DNA from: Octopus bimaculoides
Taxonomy: Eukaryota
Assembly (NCBI RefSeq): GCF_001194135.2
Contig: NC_069004.1
Coordinates: 14,033,583-14,097,582 of the forward strand
Reading direction: 5' to 3'
Length of the DNA stretch: 64,000 nucleotides
Positions 1-11,959 of the stretch are shown one piece after another (positions within the stretch are counted from its first letter, which is position 1; each line of letters opens with the position of its first letter). The position numbers were made by a program, and so were the translations under genes. A model generated the notes under the pieces. It was not told the origin of the DNA and did no database searches. It was given only the letters and a program-made list of their open reading frames with translations.

Positions 1-12
1 ATGATAATAATT

Positions 13-415
13 TTCCTTTCTACTGGAAGCACAAGGCCTCAAATCTAGGGGAGGGGACTAGTTGGTTACATCGACCCCAGTGCATAACTGGTACTTATTT
101 AATCAACCCTGAAAGGATGAAAGGCAAAGTCGACTTCAGAATGTAGAGATGGGTGAAATTCTGCTAAGCATTTCGCCCAGTGTGCTCACGATTCTGCCAG
201 CTCGCTACCTTAATAATAATAATAATAAAAATAAGCCTTTCTACTATAGGCACAAAGTGAGAAGTTTTGGGAGTGGAAGCTAGTTGATTACACTGACCCC
301 AGAAGGATAAGAGACACAGTTGGCTTCAGTGGGATTTGAACTCAGAATGTAAAGCCAGGAGAAATGGTGCTAAGCATTTTCTCCAGTGTCATAACAATTC
401 TGCTAGCTCACAGCC
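13..415 (-). mobile_element. Two copies of tRNA-derived SINE family A (about 215 bp unit; second copy internally deleted)
   Basis: Element-sense head aaggcggcgagctggcagaatcgttagc has an A-box-like TGGCAGAATCG and a B-box-like GAGTTCAAATTCC. Ends ggccttgtgcct..tagtagaaagg followed by (ATT)n. About 35 full or partial copies in the window. Confidence 0.85.
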
Positions 416-1231
416 CTCTTTTTTATTTTTTCGGCCCCAAGTGAAGAAACAATTGGGGTGGGGTGGGGGAGGAATAATTAGAGCTATAATATAACAGTGC
501 AGATATGATATGATATGATATGATATATATATATATATATATAAGTCAGTAAATGGTGGGGTTGTGTTAGCCGCACGTGGAGAAATAATAGGAAAATAAA
601 AAATAATAATAAGGCAGAATGCTAAATTGAAAGCATATTTTAATATAGATGTGCATAAGGAGGATTAAAAAGGATTTCTAACCGGCTTTCATTGCATGAC
701 AAATTTTCAAGAAGAGGAAGAATGAAAATGTTTTTTTACAAAAAAATAAAAAATAATATAAAAAAAAATAATATATAAAAAAATAAATATACCAATACAT
801 TATATTGTCTTTGAGCTTTTAAAGTTCAATGGTAATCCATGTAGATAATTGTTAGAAAGATTAGGATGCATGGAATTGAGAGTTGTGTTTTGTTTAAAAA
901 AAAAGGGGCTGAAAGTTTATGTGTTAAGCAGGAAGTGTGGTGTCAAAACAAGAAGTGTGTGTAAGGGAAGACAATTCTGTGGGTTATATATATATCAAGG
1001 AGTTCTTTCTAAGTCCACAGATAACTGGTGAGCAGCTTTCTTGCAGACTTTGGATTTTCTCTCCAATAGAGTATTCTACAACTAGCTCAAGAGTTAACAA
1101 GAGAGACAAAGACAGACAGAAACAAGGAAAATACCCCTGGTATTTGAATACTATACAAATATGTTTTTAAAAAGACTTTCCATTTAAATTTGCCAAAATT
1201 TAATTCTTCCAAAATTTGTTATCCATATTTA

Positions 1232-1267
1232 CAGTTGAAAAGATCTCAAGGATCGAAACCGGAACTG
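1232..1267 (+). ncRNA. Degenerate hammerhead-like motif
   Basis: CAG|UUGAAAA|GAUC-ucaag-GAUC|GAAAC-cg-GA|A|CUG. Three core substitutions (C3U, G8A, U16.1A). Confidence 0.4.
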
Positions 1268-1394
1268 AAATGTTTTTTATAAAAGTATTTTAGTATTTTC
1301 TACCTTGTCTTTTTTCCATATATATATCTACTCATGTGTTCCTCTTCAACCTTTTACACACACACACACACACATACATGCCCTCACACTTTTT

Positions 1395-1560
1395 GTAGTA
1401 AGTATCTCCTTCTCTTCATGTCATAGGATGCAAAACTGTGTTTTAACTTTTGACATAAGAAGATGTAGTGTTTCAACAGCATAACTAAACTCACAGTATC
1501 ATATGTGTGTTCTCCAGATACAATTTTACTATAAGGAAGAAAATATTTTCCAAGGTCAAA
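1395..1560 (-). mobile_element. Possible Tx1/L1-like ORF2 C-terminal remnant
   Basis: VSLVMLLKHYIFLCQKLKHSF resembles the NL..LL.K.YIY.CR motif. A single weak motif only. Confidence 0.3.
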
Positions 1561-2185
1561 CAGTTTGACTTTCACACACAATTTACATATACCAGACACT
1601 ATTGTAGTGATATAGATACACAAATACACACACACACACTCCAATTATTTTACTTATATAGATATACAAATACCCATACTATCTCATTTTAGTAATATAA
1701 ATACTCATTTCTAGTTATATAGATACATAAACACCTCACATGATTATTTCACTTATATAGACATACAAACACTCACATCATATTATTTTAGCTATATAGA
1801 TATACAAACACGTTATTTTAGTGATATAATTTCACAAATACCCACATGATGCATAAACACCCCACACTATCATTATAGTCATATAGATATACGAATTTCT
1901 ACACGATATTGTTTTATTTATACAGATACACAAACACCTACACCATTATTCTACTTATATAGATATACAAACGCACATTGATTACTTTAGTGATATAGAC
2001 ACACAAATACCCACACGATATTGTTTTATTTATATAAATACATAAACACCCACACTATTATTTTACTTATGTAGACACACAAACACCCACACAATTTCAT
2101 TTTAGTGGTATAGATACACAAATACTCACACTATATTTACAGTGGGTATTTGTATACAAAAATGCTCACACTAGAATCTCTCTCC

Positions 2186-2248
<63 letters not shown>

Positions 2249-2345
2249 CACACAAACACTCACACTATATTATTTCAATTATATAGATACACAAAACCTA
2301 CACAAACACAAAATGTTTTAGCAATATACATACACACACACACAA
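1560..2345. repeat. Degenerate minisatellite of about 40 bp
   Basis: Recurrent atatagatacacaaatacccacac-tattattttac-like units. Confidence 0.7.
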
Positions 2346-3011
2346 ACGCGCTGCATTATTTTGGTCGTACAAATTCATGAACACCCACCCATATTATATT
2401 TTGCTTTGGTGATACAGATTTAAGTGAAAACATATTGTTATACAGAATGATAGCGAAGGTGGGAGTACTGTTGAAGATTACGATGTCAAAGAAAACAATG
2501 GAGATTATGATGGCGATGTTGATTATTTCTTTCAGTTGAATATCACAATAAAAGTTTAAAAACCAAAAAAAATGGGAGAAAGAACAAGGCAAAAACCAAA
2601 AAAAGCCAAACTAAATAAATATACAAAACAAGAAGAGTCAACATTATTTTGAATCAAGTGATAAAGTCTCATGAGATATGTGTGGTGTGTACACACACAC
2701 ACAAACACAGTTATCACAAAGTCTTTCATAAACTCAAATGACTAAAATGTTTTTTTGTATGAGGCTTGAAGAGACAGGTCTTGATTAAAGATTAAATTAT
2801 GAAAATTTTCATAAAACCTCAGTCAAAATAGATGAAAGTATGTGCATGTGTATACACGTGTGTGGTTATTTCTGTATGTTTGTAAGTTAGTGGGAATGAA
2901 GTACTATTTGAAATTGAATTTAGTATGGTACCAGATATAAAAAGTATAAAATGTACCCACATACTTACACAAACACACATGTTATTAGCTTATTATTAAT
3001 TTAATTCTGGG

Positions 3012-3320
3012 TTAAGGTGACACGTTGGCAGAATCATTAGAATGCTGTAATCGACTTAATCCCTTTGTCTGTCCTTGTTTGTCCCCTCTATGTTTAGCCC
3101 CTTGTGGGCAATAAAGAAATAAGAATAATTAGAATGCTGGGAAAAAAACTTGGCAGCATTTCATCCATTGTTACATTCTGGGTTCAAATTCTGCTAAGGT
3201 TGACTTTCCTTTCATTCTTTTGATGTTGATAATATAAGCACCAGATGAGTACAGCAGGTGATGTAATCGACTTAGCCACCCCACTGAAACCGCTGGCCTT
3301 GAGCCAAAATTTGAAACCAA
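3012..3320 (+). mobile_element. SINE A copy carrying a 75-bp insertion with a target-site duplication
   Basis: gaatcattagaatgctg (3031-3047) and gaataattagaatgctg (3123-3139) flank the insert at 3048-3122. Confidence 0.8.
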
Positions 3321-5170
3321 TTCATTTCAGAGTTATCCTTGTCTAGCAAGTGATTTGATTTAAGCCTAAGTGTTGAAACAAGTGATTGCATCATTGAAAA
3401 GCCAATTTATACATCCAGCCATTCATTTTTTTCTACCCACCATTCCTAGGAGGGTTGTGGTGGTAGAGATCGCCAGGTAGCTTCATAATGAGGTCCTATC
3501 ATAAGCAAGTATCATTAGACATTCTGGCTCGATTTCCAAGCGTGACTAACTGAAACTATGGATCTGCTTACTTCATCATCATTTCCTGCCTTTAACTCCA
3601 CTGGCAGCAGAATGTGCACTAACATGAGATAGTTGCTCCCATAGTATGAATCTACATTAGTGGACATATCTCATGTTAGTTTCATCAACCATACTCTTCC
3701 ATGTTGACTTTGGGAATGCTGGAAGATGATATTAATTTTGGAGTTTTCCTTCTCATTGACTGATTGCTAAAGAGTTCAGTCTACCCTTACAAAAACCTAT
3801 TTAACCCATAGATGGGACCCTGAAAAGTACTACCATTCCAGGCCAGAACTAATCTAGGAGTAATTGTAATTAAGGAGTGACTGCTCACCCCACCTCCAAG
3901 TACAGTTTAATGTTTTACCCATCATATCTTACTTCTAATAGTTCTTCTTCACATGTTACATCAAATTCAACTGGATTTGCAGTAAAACATATTCACCATT
4001 CAGTCATACACCTTCAGGTTCAAACTAGCATTAAATTTTTTCCGGCTATTTTTGAAGTTCACTAACCCCACTTATCAGCCCTGAGCATGAGGTGATAACT
4101 AGGTACTCTGTACCCAATTGTCATATCCAGAACATAAAAACATAAATATCACAAACAAAAAGAGGTTAACAGAAAATTACTGCACAAAAATTTTGAGGAT
4201 ATTATTTGGGATTAGCCATCTGTCAATCTGAAACCAACATTGCATCAATACACATGTCAGCTGATTGAGAAGACCCCCCCCCTCCCCATCACATTGTTTA
4301 AGAAATATCATTAATAATTTTCCACTTGAAATATCTAATTTTTAACTAATTCCAAGTCATCCCCTGAATACAGTTGACTGGAAATTCCTACTGATCTTTA
4401 TCAGAATCTAAAATCTATCACTCCCTCTTCAGCTGTAAACAATTTACATTGTTGTCTTTTTATTTTTTACTCACTCGAAGTGTTCAGGTGTGGTGAGCAC
4501 ACCATGGTTGAAAAATTTGTATAACAACACCGAAAACAATGTTATCTCTGAGATAAAACTTGTAAACAAATTCTGCATTGATGACTGATAGGTCAATTTA
4601 TTTTTAGTTTGACTAGATTTTAATCATGGTGTTTACCAATTCCTACCAAGTTGGAAATTAGGCTGAGTGTGAGGTTTAAAACTCCCAGCAAACTGAGGAT
4701 TACAGCTTGAGCAGGTTACATTGATAAATGAATCTTACAGTTTTCTTTACTGTTATAACATCTTTATAACATATCATTAGACTAACGAAATTGCCCCTTT
4801 AAAAGATTACAATGGAAAAGATCAAGTATTTCAATAAACAAGGAAAGCAACATTTCGTTTTTCAATTATAAGTGTTATATTGGCTCATTGAAGCTGCAAA
4901 TTAATTTAATTATATTTCTTAAAAATGACTGCCAAATATAATTTGTGTTTTATTTTTTCTTAACAATATTGGCAGAGATCAATGTCATTTTCGCTTTCAA
5001 CAAACAGTATGATACTCTCATATAATTCAATAAAACAAGTCACACACACACTCTTTGAGAGCCAACAAACTTCTGAGAGTTATAGCAACTCGGTAAATTG
5101 TTCATTACTGTCTAAGCGCGCCTGTCAAAATATTCTGTCAATTTTTGATACTTGCTTTCTTCTTATTTAA

Positions 5171-5387
5171 CCCTTTAGCATTCAGATAACTATGTCAAAT
5201 GTTATGCTTATTCATTCACAGTATTTTGAATTAACCATATATTATTTCATAGCTTTAAGATTTCAATGGTGTGATTGTTCATTTTTCAGAATGACATTGT
5301 AGGGTAAGCGAGAAAGGCTGGATCTTGCCAGACTGAACATAAAACAAGGTAGAATACAAGGATATAGTTGGTTTGAATGCTAAAGAG
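5171..5387 (+). mobile_element. piggyBac-type MITE
   Basis: TTAA|CCCTTTAGCATTCA...TGAATGCTAAAGAG|TTCA: degenerate TIRs and a TTAA-like target site. Confidence 0.7.
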
Positions 5388-5689
5388 TTCACTGAAGGAG
5401 AGAGAAGGGGAGAGAGAGAGAGAGAGATTTCTGAGAGACAACTGTATTCTATGGTAGTGTTGATGTTCATATTATAAGATTCAAATTTAAGATCCAAATT
5501 TTATGTTTAATTATGAAGACTTGTGCTCAAATGTTTTCTGACAAGATATTACCTACAGACCATATAATTCATACACAAAATGTATGATACTTCCTTCTTC
5601 AAATAAGAAACAAAACTGCAACAAAGACTCATCACTGGTAACGCTCTGTCATTATCTCATGCAACAGTACTGTTCAAGGCTCATTATTA

Positions 5690-6352
5690 TTAAGCTGGCA
5701 GAACTGTTAGCATGCTGGATGAAATGCTAAGCGATATTTTTCTAAGTTCAAATTCTGCTGAAGTCGACTTTGCCTTTCATCCTTTTGAGGTTGATAAATT
5801 AAGTACCAGTTACATACTGGAGTCAATCTAATTGACTGGCATCTTCCCCTAAAATTTCAGGCCTTGTGCCTTTAGTAGAAAGGATTATAATTATTATTAT
5901 TAAGGCAGCAAGCTGGCAGAATCATTGGTATGCTGGATGAAATGCTTACCAGTATTTTGCCTGTTATTATGTTCTGAGTTCAAATTCTGCCAAAGTTGAC
6001 TTTGCCTTTCATTCTTTTGAGCTCAATAAAATAAGTACCAGTTGGACACTGGGGTCAATGTAGTCAACTCATCCCCTCCCCCAAAATAGCTGCTCTTATG
6101 GCAAAATTTGAAACCGTAATTATTATTATTATTATTGCAAAGGTAGTGAGCTGGTAGAATTATTAGCACATCAAGCAAAATGCTTAGCTGTATTTCTTCC
6201 GGCTTAATGTTCTGAGTTCAAATTTCACCGAGGTCAACTTTGCCTTTCACCCTTTCAGGATCGATAAATTAAGTACCAGTTGAATACTGGGATTGATGTA
6301 GTTGACATACCCCTACCCCAAAATTGCTGGCCCTGTGTCATAGTTTGAAATC
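5690..6352 (+). mobile_element. Three head-to-tail SINE A copies separated by (ATT)n
   Basis: Three diverged repeats of ctggcagaa...gagttcaaattc...gtcgactttgcctttcatcc...aagtaccagtt...ggccttgtg. Confidence 0.85.
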
Positions 6353-6399
6353 ATCATTATTATTATTATTATTATTATTGCTACATATGATTTCACAGC

Positions 6400-6945
6400 A
6401 GTAAATAGCCCTGTATCTGTAACAAAATTTACAGTAAATATCACATCTTTGTGCGATGCACTATTTTTATCAAAACACTACATTTCCCATCAATAAAGCA
6501 TTAATGTCCAACTGCATAGAAAATGGTGAGTTTTGAAGACCATTAATAAATTTATTTTCAACATTAACCCATTTCATCAAAGTGTAGTCTTAGAGTTTTT
6601 ATAACTTAAGTTAGAACTTAATGCACAGCTGTTGAGAAAACACTTTGATAGAAAGTGTTATCAAAGTTCCACCTATATTATGGCTGTTACTGCTCTCTGC
6701 AATTAATTGTGATGTATGATAAGCTACAGTTTATCTATCTTCATGATTTGCCTTAAATGATGCAGTTTTTTTTAGAATGGTTTTTTAAATCTCTTATATG
6801 GTTCTCGAAAATGTTCAATAGGTTTATCATTATCTTTTGAATGTTGAGTGTAACAAGATGTTCTTGTTGCCGGCTTGATTTCATTGTTTTGTTAGAAAAT
6901 GCCTTGTGGCATAATAAAAATTTGGATGTTTCTTCCAAACAACAG
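6400..6945 (-). mobile_element. Degenerate hAT (Charlie/Buster, ZBED5/SCAND3-like) transposase fragment
   Basis: Frameshifted motifs occur in the expected order: LCHKAFSNKTMKSSRQQEHL..HSKDNDKPIEHF (cf. C..LSNESMKPSKLKRHL..KDKP.EFF), AYHTSQLIAESSNSHNIGGTLI (cf. SYLVALRIAKAGKPHTIGEELI) and LQNSPFSMQLD. Confidence 0.75.
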
Positions 6946-7592
6946 ATTCAATAAACCTACTTCCAAATACTCTGGTAAATAGCCGGAAGGATATTTATTT
7001 TTTCTAGACATATGTAAGGTAAATTGTCAAACAAAACAAAAAAATTCACAACACAATCACAAATGAAAATTAGAAACCTTTCCTTGTATCAGTCAACATA
7101 TTTCTCCTGAGTAACTTATATCTCATGTCATCCCTTATATCAACCATTTTGTTGAAATAATGCAATAGAAATGACTCATACATCATACACTGCTTCTTAT
7201 ACGAATCACTTCACTGAAGGAGAGAGAAGGAGAGAGAGAGAAAGAGAGAGATATTTCTGGTAGACAACTGTATACTATGGTGTTGTTGATGTTGATATTA
7301 TATTCAGTGAGCCTTTTATTTGAACAACAGATATCTTCATTCTATGACTACGAAAATCTAAAAACATGTAAGGTTTAATTTCTGGACTTCATGACACACT
7401 GTGCCCTTGTAGACGAGACAAGAGATGTGGCTTTGAGTCCTACGAGTGGCCTTTGACTTTTTCTATCCAGCAACCCAATATATACATGCTATTCTTTATA
7501 GCTGTATGTGATGTGCTTCGAGAAGCATTATTCCAAAAAATAATTATTTCACATTCTCTTGAAAGTTTATAAAATTCTTATGACGTCAGCAA

Positions 7593-7960
7593 TCATCATC
7601 ATCATCGTTTAACGTCCGTTTTCCATGCTGCCATGGGTTGGACGGTTTGACTGGGGACTGGCAAGCCAAGAGGCTGCACCAGGTTCCAAACTGATCTGGC
7701 AATATTTCTACAGCTGGATTTCCTTCCTAACATCAACCACTCCGAGAGTGTGGTGGGTGCTTTTTACATGCCACCAGTGTGGGAGCCAGTCAGGCGGTAC
7801 TGGCATCAGCCATGTTTGGATGGTGCTTTTTACGTGCCACTGGTATGGGGAGCCAGTCAGGCGGCACTGGCAACAACCTATGCATAAATGGTGCTTATTG
7901 CATGCCACCAGCACAGGAGCCAGTCAGGCAGCACTGGCATCGGCCACAACTACAATTTCC
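7593..7960 (-). mobile_element. SINE family D with (GAT)n tail and three internal 66-68 bp repeats
   Basis: catcatcgtttaacgtccgttttccatgctgccatgggttggacg tail signature, also at about 8461, 13780, 17940, 27370(+) and 28045. Repeat starts at 7757, 7823 and 7891. Confidence 0.7.
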
Positions 7961-7993
7961 ACACATACATGTACACATGTGTACACATACACA

Positions 7994-8051
<58 letters not shown>

Positions 8052-8239
8052 TATAAACAGATATGCTTATATACTTGAATATGTGTGTGTATATATATAT
8101 TATGATGTGTATATTTTATTAAATCCTTGAAATATATATATATTTCTTTCACTTGTTTCAGTCATTTGACTTCAGCCATGCTGGAGCACTGCCTTAAGTT
8201 ATATATGGAAAAAGGTATACAGAGAAAGAGAATACTTAC

Positions 8240-8323
8240 TTCAGGGGTAGAAAATCTTAATTCGGCTGTTTTATTCTTTAAATCCCACACAACCACTGCA
8301 CCCGATTCAAAACCTATCAAGAG
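8240..8323 (-). CDS. STXBP5: Tomosyn coding exon, 84 nt, phase 0-0
   Basis: Acceptor ttttatatttcag, donor GAA|gtaagt. Peptide LLIGFESGAVVVWDLKNKTAELRFSTPE matches tomosyn LLIGFESGTVVLWDLKSKKADYRYTYDE. Too short for the ORF track. Confidence 0.94.
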
Positions 8324-9125
8324 CTGAAATATAAAATAAATTCAATTAATCAAACTATTTCATACATTTTTCTTTTCAATCAAAAGCCCAATAATGAATA
8401 AATGGAACAGTTCACCCTCTTATCTGAGACAAATACAAAATAAGCTTTAGTGTGGCTGTTATTCATCATCATCATTTTAATGTTCACTTTCCCATGCTTT
8501 CATAGTTTGGATAGAGTTTATTGAAGCAGAACTTCTACAACTGGATGCCCTTCTCCATTGCCAAGCCCCATCTGTTTTCAAGTGAGGAAATACCTCCTGA
8601 TGGACAGGGTATTAGAAACAAATGACATTCATTTACAACATTACACGATGTCAAGGGACTGCAAGGGTAATAATACTTGATTTTCCTGATGTTTTCGTGG
8701 CAATACTGCATTTGAAATATTACATTCTTGTCTGTATAATGCAATACACATTCAACATTTCTAGAAAACAAATATAAATTTGTAGTATATTGTCAACTTA
8801 ATGTGACAATCCCAATAAGGGAACACACTACTGCCGTTTAGCCTTAGGAAGCTGGACCGCTTCCTGTTGGCCTTGACACAATTACTGTGTCCTTAATTTG
8901 TTTATATTATATGTTGTCGATACATATATCTTTTATCTTTTACTGTTTTGAGCTGTTTGACTGCAGCCTTGTTGGAACATTGCCTTGAAAAACTTTTCGT
9001 GGAATGAATTGACCCCAACCCCACTTATTTTACTGATTTATTTTTTATCCTTAAGCGTGGTACTTATCCTATCAGTCTCTCATTATGAATAGATTTTCTT
9101 TTCAAGAAATTTAAGCATTGACATG

Positions 9126-9694
9126 NNNNNNNNNNNNNNNNNNNNNNNNNNNNNNNNNNNNNNNNNNNNNNNNNNNNNNNNNNNNNNNNNNNNNNNNNNN
9201 NNNNNNNNNNNNNNNNNNNNNNNNNNNNNNNNNNNNNNNNNNNNNNNNNNNNNNNNNNNNNNNNNNNNNNNNNNNNNNNNNNNNNNNNNNNNNNNNNNNN
9301 NNNNNNNNNNNNNNNNNNNNNNNNNNNNNNNNNNNNNNNNNNNNNNNNNNNNNNNNNNNNNNNNNNNNNNNNNNNNNNNNNNNNNNNNNNNNNNNNNNNN
9401 NNNNNNNNNNNNNNNNNNNNNNNNNNNNNNNNNNNNNNNNNNNNNNNNNNNNNNNNNNNNNNNNNNNNNNNNNNNNNNNNNNNNNNNNNNNNNNNNNNNN
9501 NNNNNNNNNNNNNNNNNNNNNNNNNNNNNNNNNNNNNNNNNNNNNNNNNNNNNNNNNNNNNNNNNNNNNNNNNNNNNNNNNNNNNNNNNNNNNNNNNNNN
9601 NNNNNNNNNNNNNNNNNNNNNNNNNNNNNNNNNNNNNNNNNNNNNNNNNNNNNNNNNNNNNNNNNNNNNNNNNNNNNNNNNNNNNNNNNNNNNN
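9126..9694. other. Assembly gap (others at 45132-45375, 52812-52921, 56248-56690, 59315-59324 and 60393-60540)
   Basis: Runs of N, mostly abutting (TA)n or (TG)n microsatellites. Confidence 0.99.
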
Positions 9695-9729
<35 letters not shown>

Positions 9730-10844
9730 TATGCATAAATAAATACACATGCACACACACATACAAGATATATCTATCTATCTACATATATATATGCATA
9801 CATATGTATGTATGTATAACATACATATACATACACATATGCACATATACATACATGTATAGACATGCATGCACATACACATACACACACACACACACAT
9901 GCATACAGAAAGAGAGACAGAGAAGTACATGTTAGCAGAGAGATGTTATTAGTGGGAGGTTAACAATAATGCATATTGTCTGAGGCCAGCCAGCAATATG
10001 GAATCAGTTATATAACAAAACAGCCTGATTTCATTGAAAGATGAAACAAAAAACAACAAAAAGCAAATAAAATAAAAAACAAACCCCAATCGAACTGAAA
10101 ATAGCCTTGATGTTAGAAATTATTGAATCAATGTCAATGTTTAGTTAGAGCTTTTTATGTTGGAGTTTTGTTGAATTTGATCTTTTGTTCCTTCAATTGT
10201 GAAATGAGTGGTTAGACACGAGTTCAATTACTGTTTGTAACTGGTGCAACAACAACAACAACAACATCACTCACACACAACCTCACCACTACCACCATCA
10301 CCATCATCATCATCATCACTACTATGGAAAAAATGAGAGGCTGCTATGATGGTTGCTAGTTAATACAGCGTGCTGTTAAATTAAGAATAGGAATCCAAGA
10401 TACATGTTGTTCAACAACAACACACTCAACATCAACATCATTATCAACAACAACAACAACAACAACAATAAAATCAATATTGTCGATGCTTGTGATTTAT
10501 TTATGTAGTACATGCATTATATATTAACAATTGTGTCTTTGGTCTCTACCATGCAATTTGAACAGATTAAAACAATATATAGATATATATCATCAACCAC
10601 ATCTGTTTTGTCTGTCTTTGTGTGTCTCTGAGCAGCCTGTCTCTTTTGCAGGTGTACGTGTGTATGCGAGAGAGTGAAAGAGAGAAGTGTCAAGGTGTCC
10701 TGCTCAGTCAGTTGACAAAGTATTCTGGAAGAAAATAATTGCATTACAATGAAAAAAACAGAGAAGAACTGAGAGCATAGAAAACGTTCACAATGAAACC
10801 GAATGAAACAAGACAACATTACATAATAATAATAATAATGATAA

Positions 10845-11683
10845 GAAACCTTTCTACTGTAGGCACAAGGCCTGAAATTGTGGCAAAGGGGGCTAGTTGA
10901 TTACATTGACCCCACTGTGAAACTGGTACTTATTTCATTGACCCCAAAAGGATGAAAGGTAAAGTCAACCATGGTGGAATTTGAACTCAGAACATAAAGA
11001 TGGATGAAATACCGCTAAGCATTTCGTCCGATGTGCTAAAGATTCTGCCAGTTTGCTGCCTTAATAATAATAATAATAATAAAAATGTGGAATCTGAAGT
11101 CAAAAACAATACCTATTGTCATAGGTGCCCTGGGAATGACAGCGAAACGGGCTGATTACTACCTAGATCAGATTCCAGGAAGCCCCAAAATGGCTGAAGT
11201 TCAAAAGATAGTGCTCATGGGAACTGCCCATATCCTACGTAAAATACTGTCTATGTGATCTCAAATTTTAAAGCAAACACATAATTTTCTTATGGTTTCT
11301 TAAACATTCACTTGAACAAAACTGTACAAATCCAAATATATGGTACCCTAGGCATAACACCTACATGAACTTCTAACTTGTTGTCTCTTGAGGTCTCTGG
11401 GTGAGACTTGGATCCAACTTGTACAAATGCAAAACAAAAGTCAAACATAAAATAATAATAATAATAATCCTTTCTACACAAGGCACAAGGCCTGAAACTT
11501 GATGGGAGGTGATTAATCGATTACATCGACCCCCGTGTGTGACTGGTACTTAATTTATTGACACCAAACAGATGAAAGGCAAAGTCGACCTCAGCGGAAT
11601 TTGAAGTCAGAACATAGCTACAGGCAAAATACCGCTAAACATTTCACCTGGCATGCTAATGATTCTACCAGCTTGTTGCCTTA
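10845..11683 (-). mobile_element. Two SINE A copies (10845-11063, 11468-11683) bracketing the Dong-like fragment
   Basis: Family A sequence, (AAT)n flanks. Confidence 0.85.
11081..11452 (+). mobile_element. 3' end of an R4/Dong-like non-LTR retrotransposon (restriction-like endonuclease clade) with 3' UTR
   Basis: MWNLKSKTIPIVIGALGMTAKRADYYLDQIPGSPKMAEVQKIVLMGTAHILRKILSM* (11085-11258) matches the clade C-terminus IP.VIGALG...LQK..LLGTA.ILRK.L. Flanked by (AAT)n on both sides. Confidence 0.8.
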
Positions 11684-11746
11684 ATAATAATATATGCTAA
11701 TGGAAAAAATATATGATAATATATGCTATTGAAAAAAAAAAAAATA

Positions 11747-11915
11747 GAAATTGAGAAATATCAGGACCTAGCCAAAGAGTTGAGGAGACTGTTGAAGAAT
11801 AAGATGACAATTATTTCTGTGGTAATTGGTGCACTTAACACAACATCCAAAATGCTACCTAAGAAACTGTAGGATATTGGAACTGAGACTCACATTGTCA
11901 ACCGCAAAACAACAT
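11747..11915 (+). mobile_element. R4/Dong-like fragment
   Basis: EIEKYQDLAKELRRLLKNKMTIISVVIGALNT contains the EKxxKY-type REL motif followed by VIGAL. Confidence 0.72.
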
Positions 11916-11959
11916 TCGTGTTCAGTAATATAGCAGGCAATAGTTATAAACAAGTTTAA

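Noticed and set aside
1-8239. Next tomosyn exon (AIHSVAWHHEG...SHSDG-like)
   Set aside because: Searched by motif and not found. It presumably lies beyond the left edge.
9064-9766. Long ORFs across N runs (also at 52595-52983, 56076-56943 and 60255-60654)
   Set aside because: Artefacts of assembly gaps and dinucleotide repeats.
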